In this document: piece after piece, positions 63,163 to 64,000 of the stretch
Numbering within the stretch: position 1 is the first letter of the stretch
Layout: every line of letters begins with the position of its first letter
DNA from: Macrostomum lignano
Lineage: Eukaryota
Assembly: GCA_002269645.1 (NCBI GenBank)
Contig: NIVC01000701.1
Location: 1-64,000 of the forward strand
Direction: 5' to 3'
DNA length: 64,000 nucleotides
Program-made: the position numbers and the translations under genes
Notes under the pieces: generated by a model
Databases searched by the model: none
What the model was told of the DNA's origin: nothing
Seen by the model: only the letters and a program-made list of their open reading frames with translations

Positions 63163-63319
63163 ATGTCAAAGAGCTTCAGGCGGCTGGGCCTGGGTCGCAA
63201 GTCGGACTCCAGACTGCAGTCCAAGTGGAAAGAGCAGCTGCACTGCGCTGGCACCGAGCCAGCCACCGAGTTTGAGCCGCAGATGCCTCACGGCCGCTAT
63301 GGAGCTGACAGGGGACACG
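63163..63319 (+). CDS. Candidate first coding exon of an unidentified host gene (MSKSFRRLGLGRKSDSRLQSKWKEQLHCAGTEPATEFEPQMPHGRYGADRGH)
   Basis: ATG at 63163, GC-rich host-like codons, donor |GTGAGA at 63320, followed by a satellite. Confidence 0.3.
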
Positions 63320-63399
63320 GTGAGAGATTTGGGACTGGCGAGCAATGCGTCCGTGAGTCACGGGTTGCAAATTCCCGAGTAATAAGAGAATAAGAAAGG

Positions 63400-64000
63400 A
63401 AATGAGAGGAGAGAATGGAGGGAGAGAATGAATGGAGAGAATGAAGGGAGAGAATGGAGGGAGAGAATGGAGGGAGAGAATGAATGGAGAGAATGAAGGG
63501 AGAGAATGGAGGGAGAGAATGAAGGGAGAGAATGAAGGGAGAGAATGGAGGGAGAGAATGAAGGGAGAGAATGAAGGGAGAGAATGGAGGGAGAGAATGA
63601 ATGGAGAGAATGAAGGGAGAGAATGGAGGGAGAGAATGAAGGGAGAGAATGAAGGGAGAGAATGGAGGGAGAGAATGAAGGGAGAGAATGAAGGGAGAGA
63701 ATGGAGGGAGAGAATGAATGGAGAGAATGAAGGGAGAGAATGGAGGGAGAGAATGGAGGGAGAGAATGAATGGAGAGAATGGAGGGAGAGAATGAAGGGA
63801 GAGAATGAAGGGAGAGAATGAATGGAGAGAATGAAGGGAGAGAATGGAGGGAGAGAATGGAGGGAGAGAATGGAGGGAGAGAATGAATGGAGAGAATGAA
63901 GGGAGAGAACAAAGGGAGAGAATGAAGGGAAAGGAAGGAAGGAAAGAATGAAGGGAGAGAATAAAGGTAGAGAATGGAAGGAGAATGAAGGGAGAGAATG
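63400..64000. repeat. GA-rich 13/14-bp minisatellite (gggagagaatgaa / gggagagaatgga), runs off the window
   Basis: Directly visible. Confidence 0.94.

Noticed and set aside
62795-63169. 124-aa minus-strand ORF with a PB1-like FDLLYHDADG
   Set aside because: Similarity is limited to a few residues, with no supporting domain context.

Overview
Repeat-rich animal genomic DNA. The ADP/ATP carrier sequence, GC-rich synonymous sites and dense minisatellites suggest a flatworm such as Macrostomum (inference). (1) 1-14743+ is one foldback-type Mutator-like transposon (FB-NOF/Rehavkus-like). Its long terminal inverted repeats are ~408 bp of unique sequence plus a 74-bp tandem array (80 copies left, 13 right). 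Inside are two convergent genes. One is a 4-exon, ~1272-aa DDE transposase fused to a complete ubiquitin-specific-protease (USP/C19)-like domain, interrupted in this copy by one in-frame TAA. The other is an unknown ~280-aa protein. (2) 17617-24274 is an apparently intact CACTA/EnSpm (CMC) element with CCCTA termini and a 2-bp CA target duplication. It carries a 7-exon accessory gene with a BEN-like C-terminus, and a 766-aa transposase ORF starting 49 nt downstream. (3) An intronless ADP/ATP translocase gene lies at 28725-29663 (-). (4) 31-64 kb is a mosaic of mini/microsatellites, several in inverted pairs, with unique islands that may hold host exons. Almost all ORFs in the supplied track are repeat artefacts. 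Family calls come from motifs recognised by eye, not from database searches.
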